A stretch of DNA of 64,000 nucleotides from Acidobacteriota bacterium. GTDB lineage: Bacteria; Acidobacteriota; UBA890. The stretch is from NCBI GenBank assembly GCA_965216935.1, contig OZ244217.1, positions 3,597,565-3,661,564 on the forward strand. Direction: 5' to 3'. A program made the position numbers and the translations under genes. Below the pieces are notes generated by a model. It was not told the DNA's origin. It searched no databases and saw nothing but the letters and a program-made list of their open reading frames with translations. The number at the start of each line of letters is the position of its first letter. Within the stretch, counting starts at the first letter, position 1. This document shows positions 25,196 through 34,909 of the stretch, piece after piece.

Positions 25196-28100
25196 GTGTT
25201 CACTGCTCGGACCCTGATTCGACTCGGCGTCTCCGGATGTCTATTCGCCGGCATCGCGCTGGCAAGCGTGACCCCGACTGTGGGCTCGCCGCCATCCGCA
25301 GCGCCGCCGTCCGCATCGCCGCCATCCGCCGCAGCCCAAGAGCGCGGCACCCGTTTCCTCCGCCAACCCGACGTCAGTGCCGACGCCATCGTCTTCGTGC
25401 ATGCGAACGACCTGTGGCGCGTCGGTCGCGACGGCGGCAATGCGATCCGCCTGACAAGCTCCGACGGAGCGGAAACGGACCCGGTGTTCAGCGCCGACGG
25501 CCGCTGGATCGCCTTCAGCGCCCAGTACGGCGGCAACACCGACGTGTACGTCATCCCGGCCACCGGAGGACAGCCCCGGCGCCTGACCTTCCATCCCGGC
25601 GAGGACACCGCGCAGGGGTGGACGCCCGACGGGGACGTCCTCTTTCGATCGGGACGCGAGGCGCAGCCGACGATGCTGTGGAAGATGTTCACCGTTCCGC
25701 CGACCGGCGGTCTTCCCCGGGCTCTACCGCTGCCGCAGGCGTACCTCGGCCAGATGTCGGCGGACGGTCGCCAGATCGCCTACCAGGAGATCGGCTACTG
25801 GGACCCCGAGTGGCGTAACTATCGGGGCGGGCAGGCGCAGCCGATCAGCATCGTCCAGATGGGCACGTGGGAGCGGATCACGCCGCCCTGGGAAGGCGAG
25901 CGACAGATGGATCCGGTGTGGTTGGACGGGGTTGTCTACTACATGTCGGAGCGCGACTGGGCCAGCAACGTTTGGGCCTTCGATCCCGCCACGGGCACCG
26001 AGACGCAGATCACCTTCCACGCTGATTTCGACGTCAAGAGCGTCGGTGCGGGCGACGGCGTCTTGATCTACGAGCAAGCGGGCTTCTTGCACGAATACGA
26101 TCCTGCCCGCGGCGCGACCCGCCAGCTCGTCGTCAACGTCGCCGGCGACTTCAACTGGGCCCGCCCACGCTGGGAGGAGGTGTCGGCGACGAGCCTTTCC
26201 AACCCGCGCCTGTCGCCCACCGGGAAGCGCGCCCTGTTCACGCACCGGGGCGAGATCTTCAGCGTCCCGGCCGAGCAGGGAAGCTGGCGCAACATCACGC
26301 GCTCCCCAGGCGTCGCCGATCGCAACCCGGCCTGGTCGCCGGACGGCTCCAGGATCGCCTGGTTCAACGACCGCGGGGACGAATACGAGCTGGTGATTGC
26401 CGACCAGAACGGCGCCAATGAACACCGCATCGGTTTCGACGACCCGACCTTCTACTTCCAGCCGGAGTGGTCGCCGGACGGAACGCGGCTGGCGTTCACC
26501 GACACCGACTACCGCGTGCTGATCGTCGACGTCGCCACGGGCGAGCTGACCCACGTCGACACGGACCGCTTCGCCCATCCCGAGCGGTCGATGAATCCCG
26601 TCTGGTCGCCGGACTCCCGCTGGATCGCCTATGCCCGCCGGCTCGACAACCAGCTGCGCGCGATCTTCGTGCACGACACCGACAGCGGTGAGACCCATCA
26701 GCTGACCGACGGCATGGCCGACGCCATCACGCCGGTGTGGGACACCTCCGGCGATTACCTGTATTTCCTCGCCTCGACCGACTACGGCCTCAATACGGGT
26801 TGGCTCGACATGACCTCGTACGATCGCCCCGTGACGCGGACGCTCTACGTCGCGTTGCTGGAGGAGGACGTGCCTTCACCTTTTCTGCCGCGAAGCGACG
26901 AAGAGGCGGTAGACGAGGACGAAGCAGATGGAGCATCGGAGGAAAGCGCATCAGCCGCCGACGAATCCACCGAGCAGCTTGCAGATGCCGCCCGCTCGGC
27001 CGCCGGCGGCGCGGCACAGACCGAATCCGGAGCTTCGCCGGCAGCTGCCTCCCCGGCTGTCGACATCGACATCGACGGCATCGCTCGGCGCATTGTCGAC
27101 GCTCCGGGGCTACCGCCGCGCAACTACACGGGTCTGCGCGAAGGTCCCGAGGGCACCGTCTTCGTGGCCGAACTGGTGCCGCAGCAAGGCGCGGTGCTGC
27201 ACAAATACATCCTCGAAGATGCCGAGGCGTCGACGTTTCTCGAGGGGTTCCAGGCGGTCCAGATCTCGCACGACCGCAGCAAGATGCTTTACCGGCGTGG
27301 CGGCTCGTGGAACATTGTCGCCACCGCCCGCCCACCGGGTAACGGCGACGGCCGGCTCTCGCTCGACAACCTCCGCGTGCGGGTAGTCCCCCAGGAAGAG
27401 TGGGCGCAGATGTTGCGCGACGGCTGGCGTTTCATGCGCGACTTCCTCTACGTCGACAACCAGCACGGCGCGCCCTGGGACGACGTGTGGGACTGGTACT
27501 CCGCCTGGCTCCCCGACGTGCGCCACCGCTCCGACTTCAACCAGCTGCTCGACATCCTCTCCGGGGAAATCGCCGTCGGCCATTCGTACGTCCGCGGAGG
27601 CGACTACCCGGACCTCGACAACCCGCGCACCGGCTTGCTCGGGGTGGACCTCGAAGAGGTTGACGGCTGGTACCGGATCAGCCGCATCTATACCGGCGAG
27701 GATTGGACCCCAGGCACGCACGGCCCGCTCTCGATCCCCGGCATGGACGTGGCCGAAGGCGACTACCTCCTCGCGATCGATGGGCAGAACGCCGCGGCCC
27801 CGGTGAATCCCTACGAGCTCCTCGAAGGCACGGCCGGGAGAACCGTCACGATCACCGTGTCGTCGTCGCTTGCCGGGGGCGACGCCCGCGACGTCGTCGT
27901 GGAGCCCGTCGGCAGCGAGGCCGAGTTGCGGCGGCAGGCGTGGGTCGCCGCAAACCAACGTCGCGTCGACGAGATCAGCGGCGGGCGGCTCGCGTACGTG
28001 TGGTTGCCCAATACCGGCCAAGGCGGCTACACCTACTTCAACCGCATGTACTTCGCCCAGCAGGATCGGCAGGGCGCCGTCATCGACGAGCGCAACAATG

Positions 28101-28612
28101 GCGGCGGCTCGGCCGCCGACTACATCGTCGACATTCTCGATCGCGAGCTCACCGGATACTTCAACTCCCGCGCAGGCGATCGCAAACCGTTCACCCAGCC
28201 TATGGCCGGTTTGTGGGGTCCGAAGGTCATGGTCGTCAACGAGCGCGCCGGGTCCGGCGGCGACCTGATGCCCTATCTGTTCAAGTTCAAGGGCGTCGGT
28301 CCGCTGGTCGGCACGCGCACGTGGGGCGGGCTGGTAGGCACGTGGGATACCCCCCCGCTCATCGACGGCGGCCGCTTCGTCGCCCCGCGGGGCGGCTTCA
28401 TCAACGTCGACGGTGAGTGGGACGTCGAGGCGATCGGCGTGGCGCCCGACATCGAGGTTCGAAACGACCCGTTGCCGGTCATCAACGGAGGCGATCCGCA
28501 GCTCGAAGCGGCTGTGCGCGAGGCGCTTCGCCTGCTCGAAACCGAGGCGGTGACACTGAGGCCGGAGCCCGCCCCGCCGGTGCGATATCGACGACCGGGA
28601 GGCGGTCGATAG
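25196..28612 (+). CDS. tricorn protease homolog (PD40 beta-propellers + PDZ + S41 peptidase), secreted, GTG start
   Basis: 1138 aa. Signal peptide, multiple WSPDG/PD40 repeats, and an S41-family C-terminus (GTRTWGGLVGT...). An acidic low-complexity insert sits at aa ~560-620. Confidence 0.8.
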   Translation: MFTARTLIRLGVSGCLFAGIALASVTPTVGSPPSAAPPSASPPSAAAQERGTRFLRQPDVSADAIVFVHANDLWRVGRDGGNAIRLTSSDGAETDPVFSADGRWIAFSAQYGGNTDVYVIPATGGQPRRLTFHPGEDTAQGWTPDGDVLFRSGREAQPTMLWKMFTVPPTGGLPRALPLPQAYLGQMSADGRQIAYQEIGYWDPEWRNYRGGQAQPISIVQMGTWERITPPWEGERQMDPVWLDGVVYYMSERDWASNVWAFDPATGTETQITFHADFDVKSVGAGDGVLIYEQAGFLHEYDPARGATRQLVVNVAGDFNWARPRWEEVSATSLSNPRLSPTGKRALFTHRGEIFSVPAEQGSWRNITRSPGVADRNPAWSPDGSRIAWFNDRGDEYELVIADQNGANEHRIGFDDPTFYFQPEWSPDGTRLAFTDTDYRVLIVDVATGELTHVDTDRFAHPERSMNPVWSPDSRWIAYARRLDNQLRAIFVHDTDSGETHQLTDGMADAITPVWDTSGDYLYFLASTDYGLNTGWLDMTSYDRPVTRTLYVALLEEDVPSPFLPRSDEEAVDEDEADGASEESASAADESTEQLADAARSAAGGAAQTESGASPAAASPAVDIDIDGIARRIVDAPGLPPRNYTGLREGPEGTVFVAELVPQQGAVLHKYILEDAEASTFLEGFQAVQISHDRSKMLYRRGGSWNIVATARPPGNGDGRLSLDNLRVRVVPQEEWAQMLRDGWRFMRDFLYVDNQHGAPWDDVWDWYSAWLPDVRHRSDFNQLLDILSGEIAVGHSYVRGGDYPDLDNPRTGLLGVDLEEVDGWYRISRIYTGEDWTPGTHGPLSIPGMDVAEGDYLLAIDGQNAAAPVNPYELLEGTAGRTVTITVSSSLAGGDARDVVVEPVGSEAELRRQAWVAANQRRVDEISGGRLAYVWLPNTGQGGYTYFNRMYFAQQDRQGAVIDERNNGGGSAADYIVDILDRELTGYFNSRAGDRKPFTQPMAGLWGPKVMVVNERAGSGGDLMPYLFKFKGVGPLVGTRTWGGLVGTWDTPPLIDGGRFVAPRGGFINVDGEWDVEAIGVAPDIEVRNDPLPVINGGDPQLEAAVREALRLLETEAVTLRPEPAPPVRYRRPGGGR

Positions 28613-28806
28613 ACGGCGTGCCGGTGGGGTTTCACGCTCCGGCGGGCCCGTGTCTTGATTCCACCCGAAGCGACGCTTACTGTCCGCGCTAGCGGGCCGT
28701 GGTAGCGGTTCGATGGGTCCGCCCCAGGTGAGACAGACGGGAGGGCCACGGTCAGCGGCGAGTCCGTGGTCGGGCCCGGAGCCCACAGCGCGTCGGAGGT
28801 GACAAC

Positions 28807-29859
28807 TTGAGCCCGGTTCACCTCGCGTTCCTCGGCTGTGGGTTCATCACGCGGGTCCACAGCCGGCATCTGCGCAAGATGGGCCGCGAGTTCGTCTGCA
28901 GCTATGCCAGCCGCGACGAAGAGCGCGCCGCCGATTTCAGGCGTCGCCTCGGCGGCGAGGGGCACTACGGTAGTTACGAGGCGGCCATCGACGACCCGTC
29001 CGTCGACGCCGTCGTCGTTGCCGTGCCCACCCGCTATCACCTGGACCTTGCCCTGCGGGCCCTCGAGGCCGGCAAGCACGTGCTGGTCGAAAAGCCGGCG
29101 TTCCCTCGTCTCGAGGATTACCAGACCGTGATCGACGCCCGCGACCGGGCGGGCCGAACCGTGATCATCGGCGAGAACGATCACTACAAGCCGCTGTGCG
29201 TGATGCTCCGGCAGTTGCTCGCGCAGGGCGCGATCGGCGAGATGGTCTTCGGCCACTTTGTCACGATCATGAAGAAGCCCAAGTCCGCCGACGACTGGCG
29301 CAACGACGAGGACATGGCGGGCGGCGACGCCTTCTTCGAGGAGGGGATCCATTGGCTGCACATCGCCGGCAGCCTGGGCCCGCGAATCCGCTCGATCCAC
29401 GGGTATCGCCCACCGGCCTCGAAGAACGGACCACTCGCCGGCGACGCGCGGCGAAAGAGCATGCTGGTGTCGTTTCAGTACGACAACGGAGCCGCGGGAG
29501 CCCTCTACTATTCGCGGGAGATACCGTCCTTGTTCCGCGGCCTGCGTCTGTCGAAGCTGTTCGGCCGTGAGGGGATCATCACGTTCGAATCGAACGGCGT
29601 CGTCCTCCTGGCGCGCGGACGCGGGCTCCCGCGGCTGCGCTTCCCCGGATTCCGCGACATTCGCGGCTATCGGGCGATGTACCGCGACTTCGCCGGCGCG
29701 ATTCGCGAGGGTCGGCCTCTCGAGATGAGCCTGGAACGGGCCCGCGAAGACCACGAACTGATGGACGCCGCCTACGCCAGCGCAGACGCCAGCGCAGACG
29801 CCAGTGCCGACGCCAATGCCGACGCGAACGCCGACGCGGCAGAGCCGCATTCCCCGTGA
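28807..29859 (+). CDS. Gfo/Idh/MocA-family NAD(P)-dependent oxidoreductase
   Basis: Rossmann N-terminus LAFLGCGFITRVHSRHL and EKP motif VLVEKPAF. The C-terminal tail is an (ADAS/ADAN)n repeat. Confidence 0.8.
   Translation: MSPVHLAFLGCGFITRVHSRHLRKMGREFVCSYASRDEERAADFRRRLGGEGHYGSYEAAIDDPSVDAVVVAVPTRYHLDLALRALEAGKHVLVEKPAFPRLEDYQTVIDARDRAGRTVIIGENDHYKPLCVMLRQLLAQGAIGEMVFGHFVTIMKKPKSADDWRNDEDMAGGDAFFEEGIHWLHIAGSLGPRIRSIHGYRPPASKNGPLAGDARRKSMLVSFQYDNGAAGALYYSREIPSLFRGLRLSKLFGREGIITFESNGVVLLARGRGLPRLRFPGFRDIRGYRAMYRDFAGAIREGRPLEMSLERAREDHELMDAAYASADASADASADANADANADAAEPHSP
29776..29835 (+). repeat. 5 x 12-nt tandem repeat (GCCAGCGCAGAC-like) encoding ADASADASADANADANAD tail
   Basis: Read directly from the sequence. 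Confidence 0.6.
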
Positions 29860-31385
29860 CCGAACGTTTCGACCTCGTTATTGTGGGCTCCGGCACCGGG
29901 GGCGGGACCGTCGCCCATGCGCTGGCCTCGAGCGGCGCGCGGATTCTGATCGCCGAGCGCGGGGACTTCATCCCCCAGGAAGAACAGAACTGGGACCCGC
30001 GAGCCGTCTGGGGGGAGCTGCGATACCGCGCCAAAGAACGCTGGCTCGACGGGCAGGGCGACGAGTTTCTTCCGTATACGCACTACTGCGTCGGCGGGAA
30101 TTCGAAGTTCTGGGGCGCCGTGCTGTACCGCCTCCGGCAGGAGGATTTCGGCGAGCTCCTCCACCAGGGCGGCGTCTCCCCGGAGTGGCCGATCAGCTAC
30201 GAGGACCTGGCTCCCTACTACGACCGCGCCGAACGCCTTTATAGCGTGCACGGCGAGGTCGGGCCGGACCCGACCGAGCCGCCGCGCGTGCCGTTTCCGC
30301 ATCCCGCGGTCCCGCACCAGGGACGCATCGCAACGATCGTCGAAACACTACGGAACATGGGCCTTCACCCGTCTCCCCTGCCCCTCGGCCTGCTGCGGCC
30401 CGGGGAGCCGGACGGCTGCATCCTCTGCGATACCTGCAACTCCTATCCTTGCAAGCTGCGATCGAAGAGCGACGCCGACGTATGCGCCGTGAGCCCCGCC
30501 CTCGAGCGGGACAACGTGACGCTGTGGACGAACACCTTCGCGGAGCGCCTGCTGACCGACGACGCGGGCACGAAGATCGTCGCCGCCGAGATGGTTCGAG
30601 CCGGCGAGCCGGTCCGCGTCGAGGCACCCTTGTTCGTGATTTCGTGCGGCGCGGTGAACTCCGCTGCCCTGCTGTTGCGCTCGGCGAATCCGTCGCATCC
30701 CGAGGGGTTGGCGAATTCTTCCGGGATGGTCGGGCGCAACTACATGGCCCATCTCGCCACCATGCTCGGCGCATTCATGCCGCCGCGGCACGACACCGTC
30801 TTTCAGAAGACCGTGGCGATCAACGACTACTACTTGCGCGGCCCCGACGGTGGATACCCGCTCGGTCAGATCCAATCGCAGGGGCGATCGAATGCCACCA
30901 TCGCCAAGGCTGGCGGGCCGCCGGCGGCCCGCTGGGTGCCAACTTGGGCCTACGACGCCTGGTTCGCCCGCGGCGTCGAATGGCTGGCGATGAGCGAGGA
31001 CCTGCCACATCCTGACAACCGCGTAACGCTGACGGCGGACGGGCGCATTCGCCTGCGCTGGGAACCCCTCAACGCCGAGGCGCACCGTGAGCTTGTCGAC
31101 CAGGCCCGGCAGATCCTGCGGCGGGCGGGTGCCTGGTATGTTCTGCCGATCTCGCTGGGGGTCGTCAACACGACCCACCAGTGCGGCACGGCGGTCTTCG
31201 GCGAGGACCCGAGGACCTCCGTGCTCGACACCCTTTGTCGCACCCATGACGTCGAGAACCTCTTTGTCGTCGATGCGTCGTTCTTTCCGTCTTCGGCGGC
31301 GGTGAACCCGGCGTTGACCATCGCGGCACAGGCGCTGCGGACGGCGGACCATATCAAAGAAACCCACCTGGGCAGGTACTCATGA
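29856..31385 (+). CDS. GMC-family FAD-dependent oxidoreductase
   Basis: FAD-binding motif DLVIVGSGTGGGTVAHALA and C-terminal GMC_oxred_C (HQCGTAVFG...LFVVDASFFPSS). The start overlaps the upstream stop as GTGA. Confidence 0.85.
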   Translation: MTERFDLVIVGSGTGGGTVAHALASSGARILIAERGDFIPQEEQNWDPRAVWGELRYRAKERWLDGQGDEFLPYTHYCVGGNSKFWGAVLYRLRQEDFGELLHQGGVSPEWPISYEDLAPYYDRAERLYSVHGEVGPDPTEPPRVPFPHPAVPHQGRIATIVETLRNMGLHPSPLPLGLLRPGEPDGCILCDTCNSYPCKLRSKSDADVCAVSPALERDNVTLWTNTFAERLLTDDAGTKIVAAEMVRAGEPVRVEAPLFVISCGAVNSAALLLRSANPSHPEGLANSSGMVGRNYMAHLATMLGAFMPPRHDTVFQKTVAINDYYLRGPDGGYPLGQIQSQGRSNATIAKAGGPPAARWVPTWAYDAWFARGVEWLAMSEDLPHPDNRVTLTADGRIRLRWEPLNAEAHRELVDQARQILRRAGAWYVLPISLGVVNTTHQCGTAVFGEDPRTSVLDTLCRTHDVENLFVVDASFFPSSAAVNPALTIAAQALRTADHIKETHLGRYS

Positions 31386-31900
31386 AGGCACGATCGTTCA
31401 GCCACACGGGCGTCACGGTGGCCGACTTCGACACGTTCGTTCAGTTCTACGCTGACAACTTCGGCTGCCGGCTCGTGGGCGTCGGCGACAGCGATCCGGA
31501 ACGCGTCCGCACCGTCTTTGGCGTCGACCACGAGGCGCCGAGCTGCAAGATCGGCTGGTTGCGGACCCCCGCCGGCGGCATGCTCGAGATCTTCGATTTT
31601 CGACCGGACAAGCCCGCCGAGGACATCGTCTGGAGCCGCGTCGGCTTGACGCACATCAGCTTCGACGTCAGGAACCCGTACCGCTGGTACGAGTTTCTGA
31701 AGGGAAACGGCGTCGAGATCGTCAGTGAGGTCGAGGAATCCCAGCACGGCCACGCGTTCTTCTTCGTCAAGGATTGCGACGGCAACCTGATCGAGCTGAT
31801 CGATCTGCGCTACCGCTACCCGCTGCTGCGGTACCTCGGTTGGTTCGCCGGCTGGCTGTTTCGCCGCGGCCGCTACAGCACACACTACGGTCCGTCCTGA
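31382..31900 (+). CDS. VOC-family (glyoxalase/bleomycin-resistance/dioxygenase fold) protein
   Basis: HTGVTVADFDTFVQFY and HISFDV...GHAFFFVKDCDGNLIEL are paired beta-alpha-beta-beta-beta modules. The overlap with the upstream gene is ATGA. Confidence 0.65.
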   Translation: MKARSFSHTGVTVADFDTFVQFYADNFGCRLVGVGDSDPERVRTVFGVDHEAPSCKIGWLRTPAGGMLEIFDFRPDKPAEDIVWSRVGLTHISFDVRNPYRWYEFLKGNGVEIVSEVEESQHGHAFFFVKDCDGNLIELIDLRYRYPLLRYLGWFAGWLFRRGRYSTHYGPS

Positions 31901-32153
31901 GCGACGCCGCGTTCGGAAAACCTGACGACGCCTCGGCGGCCCGTCGGACACACCGATATTCCGGCCGCCGACCGACGCGCAACCGCGAGGGGTGTTCCGG
32001 AGCGACGTTGGTCAGCGGCGCTGGCTCCGAACGCCCATTCTGGGAGGCCCGCACCACAACCGACGGTGACCGGCGTTTCGATGCCCTGTTTTCCACCGAA
32101 CCTGATACGATGCACACAGGTTGTAGCCAACTTGGATGGAAACCGATCAGAGG

Positions 32154-32190
32154 TCGCCCGCTGCGAGCAACCGGCGGGTTTTTTTGTTTG
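32154..32190 (+). terminator. rho-independent terminator (CCCGC-loop-GCGGG followed by TTTTTTTGTTTG)
   Basis: Hairpin plus T-tract read from the sequence, upstream of the csp promoter region. Confidence 0.55.
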
Positions 32191-32278
32191 CACCCAGGAA
32201 CGCCTCAGACGGGCGAGCGGCTGCGTGTCGAAGCTCCAGTAGATAGGTCGGAGCTTCATGCTGAAGGAGGGCCGAGGA

Positions 32279-32479
32279 ATGGCCAAAGGTACCGTGAAGT
32301 GGTTCAACGACGCGAAAGGCTTCGGCTTCATCGCGCAAGAAGGTGGCGAGGACGTCTTCGTCCACCACACTGCGATCCAGGGCGACGGATTCAAGACGCT
32401 CGCTGAAGGAGCCGAGGTCGAGTTCGACATCGCCCAAGGTCCGAAGGGCCTGTCGGCGGAGAACGTCCGCACCGTCTAG
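32279..32479 (+). CDS. cspA: cold-shock protein, CspA family
   Basis: [34 protein letters not shown] in 66 aa. RBS GGAGGG sits 7 nt upstream. Confidence 0.9.
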   Translation: MAKGTVKWFNDAKGFGFIAQEGGEDVFVHHTAIQGDGFKTLAEGAEVEFDIAQGPKGLSAENVRTV

Positions 32480-32501
32480 GCAGCAGGCTGTATCGTGACG
32501 A

Positions 32502-32531
32502 CGCCCCGCTCGGGAATCTCCCGGCGGGGCG
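32502..32531 (+). terminator. GC-rich hairpin CGCCCCGC-N14-GCGGGGCG after csp; a second hairpin GCCGTCA-aagctaa-TGACGGC follows (32596-32616) for the convergent gene
   Basis: Inverted repeats read from the sequence. There is no U-tract. Confidence 0.4.
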
Positions 32532-32629
32532 TTCGCACGTTCCGGGGAAGCTGCAGACTTCCCTACTTTCTCGTCCTGAGCCCCGAATCGGGGGGACTTG
32601 CCGTCAAAGCTAATGACGGCCGGTCGCGC

Positions 32630-33160
32630 CTACTCGTCGACCTCGATAACGACCGTATTGGCGATCTTGTCGCCGAGACGACGGCCGTCGGCATCCACCA
32701 GCACCATGACCACCTCGATGATCGCGAGCACCAGCGCCAGGAAGAACAGAGGAATCGCCAAGATCACGCCGATGATCGTCATCAGGAAAAGCTGGGCAAT
32801 GCCACTGATGGCGAAGATCCAGTTGCGCTTCACCGAGGTCATGATGTCGACCGGCGAACCGTCCAGAGTCACCGGGCGCAGCTTCATGACCTTCTTGCCG
32901 AGCGAACGCTGATCCATGAATTCGACGTCCAGGCCGTCGCGAACGAGCCAGTAGCCGGTCGCGATGAGACCTCCGATGATCGGAATGAAACCGATCACGA
33001 TCGCGATCACCGCGTCGATGATGGCCGCGATGAAGCGCTTGGACAGCTCAGCTTTGGCAGGGGGCGCTGTGCCCCCGCCGGACGGGGCTTCCGCGGCGTT
33101 GGCCTCGCCGGACGGGGAGCCCTGAGCGTTGGTGTCCTCGGGTTCTTCTGCCACGGGCAT
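32630..33160 (-). CDS. RDD-family membrane protein
   Basis: RFIAAIIDAVIAIVIGFIPIIGG and GRRLGDKIANTVVI are the RDD motifs. RBS AGGAG is upstream of the chosen internal ATG. Confidence 0.7.
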   Translation of the reverse strand: MPVAEEPEDTNAQGSPSGEANAAEAPSGGGTAPPAKAELSKRFIAAIIDAVIAIVIGFIPIIGGLIATGYWLVRDGLDVEFMDQRSLGKKVMKLRPVTLDGSPVDIMTSVKRNWIFAISGIAQLFLMTIIGVILAIPLFFLALVLAIIEVVMVLVDADGRRLGDKIANTVVIEVDE

Positions 33161-33284
33161 CTCTCCTCTCGAGCGGCCCTTGCGCCGCCCCTCGTTGTAA
33201 CGATCCCCCACACCGGTACTAGGGTTTATCCCAGCGACCCGGGACATACAAGGGCCGCCTGGACGGAGACCCTCCGGGGACGTC

Positions 33285-34238
33285 CTACTCGAGCTCGCCG
33301 CTCAACCAGTGCACGACGTTGAGAAGGAACTGGAAGTTCTGCCCGGCGTCGGGGTCGTTCATCCCCATCGGAAAACGCTGCTGACCGGAGACCTGCGCGG
33401 AGAACATCGCCGCCTCCCCGAACACCGCCACCCTTCCGACCCCGTGTCGAAGCACGGCGCCCTGCAGCCACCCGTCCGCGGGCACGCGCGGCGTCGTCTC
33501 CGAGAACGTGGACGCTCTGGTCGGCAACAGCACGTCGACGTCTTCCCCCATGATCAGGATCTCCTCCACCTGGGCCCCCGGACGCGGTCGAAACGCCTGC
33601 CCGGTGAACGTCGTCACCGCGTCGATTCGCTCGCTCGCAGACCGCCCGTTGGTGACCGGATGATCGCCCAGGGTCCCCTCGGCGCGTGTGAAGGTGATCC
33701 TTCCCCTACGGCCGGAGTCGGCGAGCGCATATCCATTGACGAACAGCAGCCCGAAGCTCTCGGCCAGTTCGGCCGCCGCCCCGGGAAACGGCATGTGGTC
33801 GGCGATCAACATGAGAGAGCCTCCGCGCTCGACCCAGGCGCCGATGGTGGCGACTTCGGCGCGAGTGAACGCCGGCGGATTCGGCAACACCCACTCCTCG
33901 GCGTCGTCTACGTTGAGCGCGTTGGAGATGACCAGTATCTGCGCGCCGGCGAGCGAGCGCTCCGTGAAGGTCTCCGTGGAGGGGCGGACAACGTAGCCGT
34001 CGCGGCGCAGCAACTCGGCAAAAGGCCGGTAGCGCCCCTGGGCGGTGTGGAAGTTGTGGTGCGCCTCGTCGACGAGAACCAGGGGCCCGGCGCCAACATC
34101 GAAAACGGGAGACGCGATCGGCGGGCGAAAGTCGAGGTCCGCGGACTGGCCCGGCCCAGACGCCGTGGCGCACGCCTGCGCCAGGATCAAGGCCAAGCAG
34201 ACGCTCGCTCCGCACGACGGCGATGTAGTCGAAGACAT
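33285..34238 (-). CDS. secreted DUF4350-like protein (possible lipoprotein)
   Basis: Signal with LALILAQAC, then LVLVDEAHHN, ILVISN, GGSLMLIADH and GRVAVFGEAAMF motifs. Confidence 0.5.
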   Translation of the reverse strand: MSSTTSPSCGASVCLALILAQACATASGPGQSADLDFRPPIASPVFDVGAGPLVLVDEAHHNFHTAQGRYRPFAELLRRDGYVVRPSTETFTERSLAGAQILVISNALNVDDAEEWVLPNPPAFTRAEVATIGAWVERGGSLMLIADHMPFPGAAAELAESFGLLFVNGYALADSGRRGRITFTRAEGTLGDHPVTNGRSASERIDAVTTFTGQAFRPRPGAQVEEILIMGEDVDVLLPTRASTFSETTPRVPADGWLQGAVLRHGVGRVAVFGEAAMFSAQVSGQQRFPMGMNDPDAGQNFQFLLNVVHWLSGELE

Positions 34239-34317
34239 AGCTCCCCTCGAACCTCGCTCCGTTCGCGACATCGTGCAGAACAGAGTAATGCCGGTCGGAG
34301 GTCATGTCAGCCGCCTG

Positions 34318-34746
34318 CTACAGATCGAACCAGCCCCTCAGCCGGGTTTGCGGGTCGGCCTTGACGACAGCATCGGCGCGAGCCGAGCAGCTCACCCTCA
34401 AGGAAAACTTCAGCCGTCCGCCCCAGGGCCACCAGGCGGCGTACATCGTCGGGTCGGCGTCCGGCTCGAGCACGAAGAGCTGCTGGCCGGTCATGATCCC
34501 TCCCCAGACCCCGGCCGCCCGGCCGATGTGCTCCGGAGCAGTACCGATGTCGTGCGGACCCCATGCGTGCGGCATGGTTTCCGCGACCAGGTCGAGGACC
34601 GCTTTCTGATCGTCTTGCTTCACGATCAGGAGCGCCGCCCAGTAGTTCTGATCCCACTGCCACGGCGCCACGTCGCGCGTACCCTCGATCAGCCGGGTCG
34701 TCGCTTCGTGCATTCGCTCGAGCGCGTTGAGGGGTCTGGGTCTCAT
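34318..34746 (-). CDS. hypothetical protein
   Basis: A 142-aa ORF from an ATG with a GAGGAA RBS. It is Trp-rich and no family was recognised. Confidence 0.4.
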   Translation of the reverse strand: MRPRPLNALERMHEATTRLIEGTRDVAPWQWDQNYWAALLIVKQDDQKAVLDLVAETMPHAWGPHDIGTAPEHIGRAAGVWGGIMTGQQLFVLEPDADPTMYAAWWPWGGRLKFSLRVSCSARADAVVKADPQTRLRGWFDL

Positions 34747-34909
34747 CGAAGTTCCTCGGGGTGAGCCTCTGATGATAGCGGAACAGGAAGCGGCTGAAAT
34801 CCCGACCTTCTTCGCCGCACGCGGCGAGAACACCGGCCCGCCGGCGACGGGTACCGGCCATCCGGTGCTGTTCCTTACGCCGGCAGAACGAGCTTGCTAC
34901 GGTTGATGA

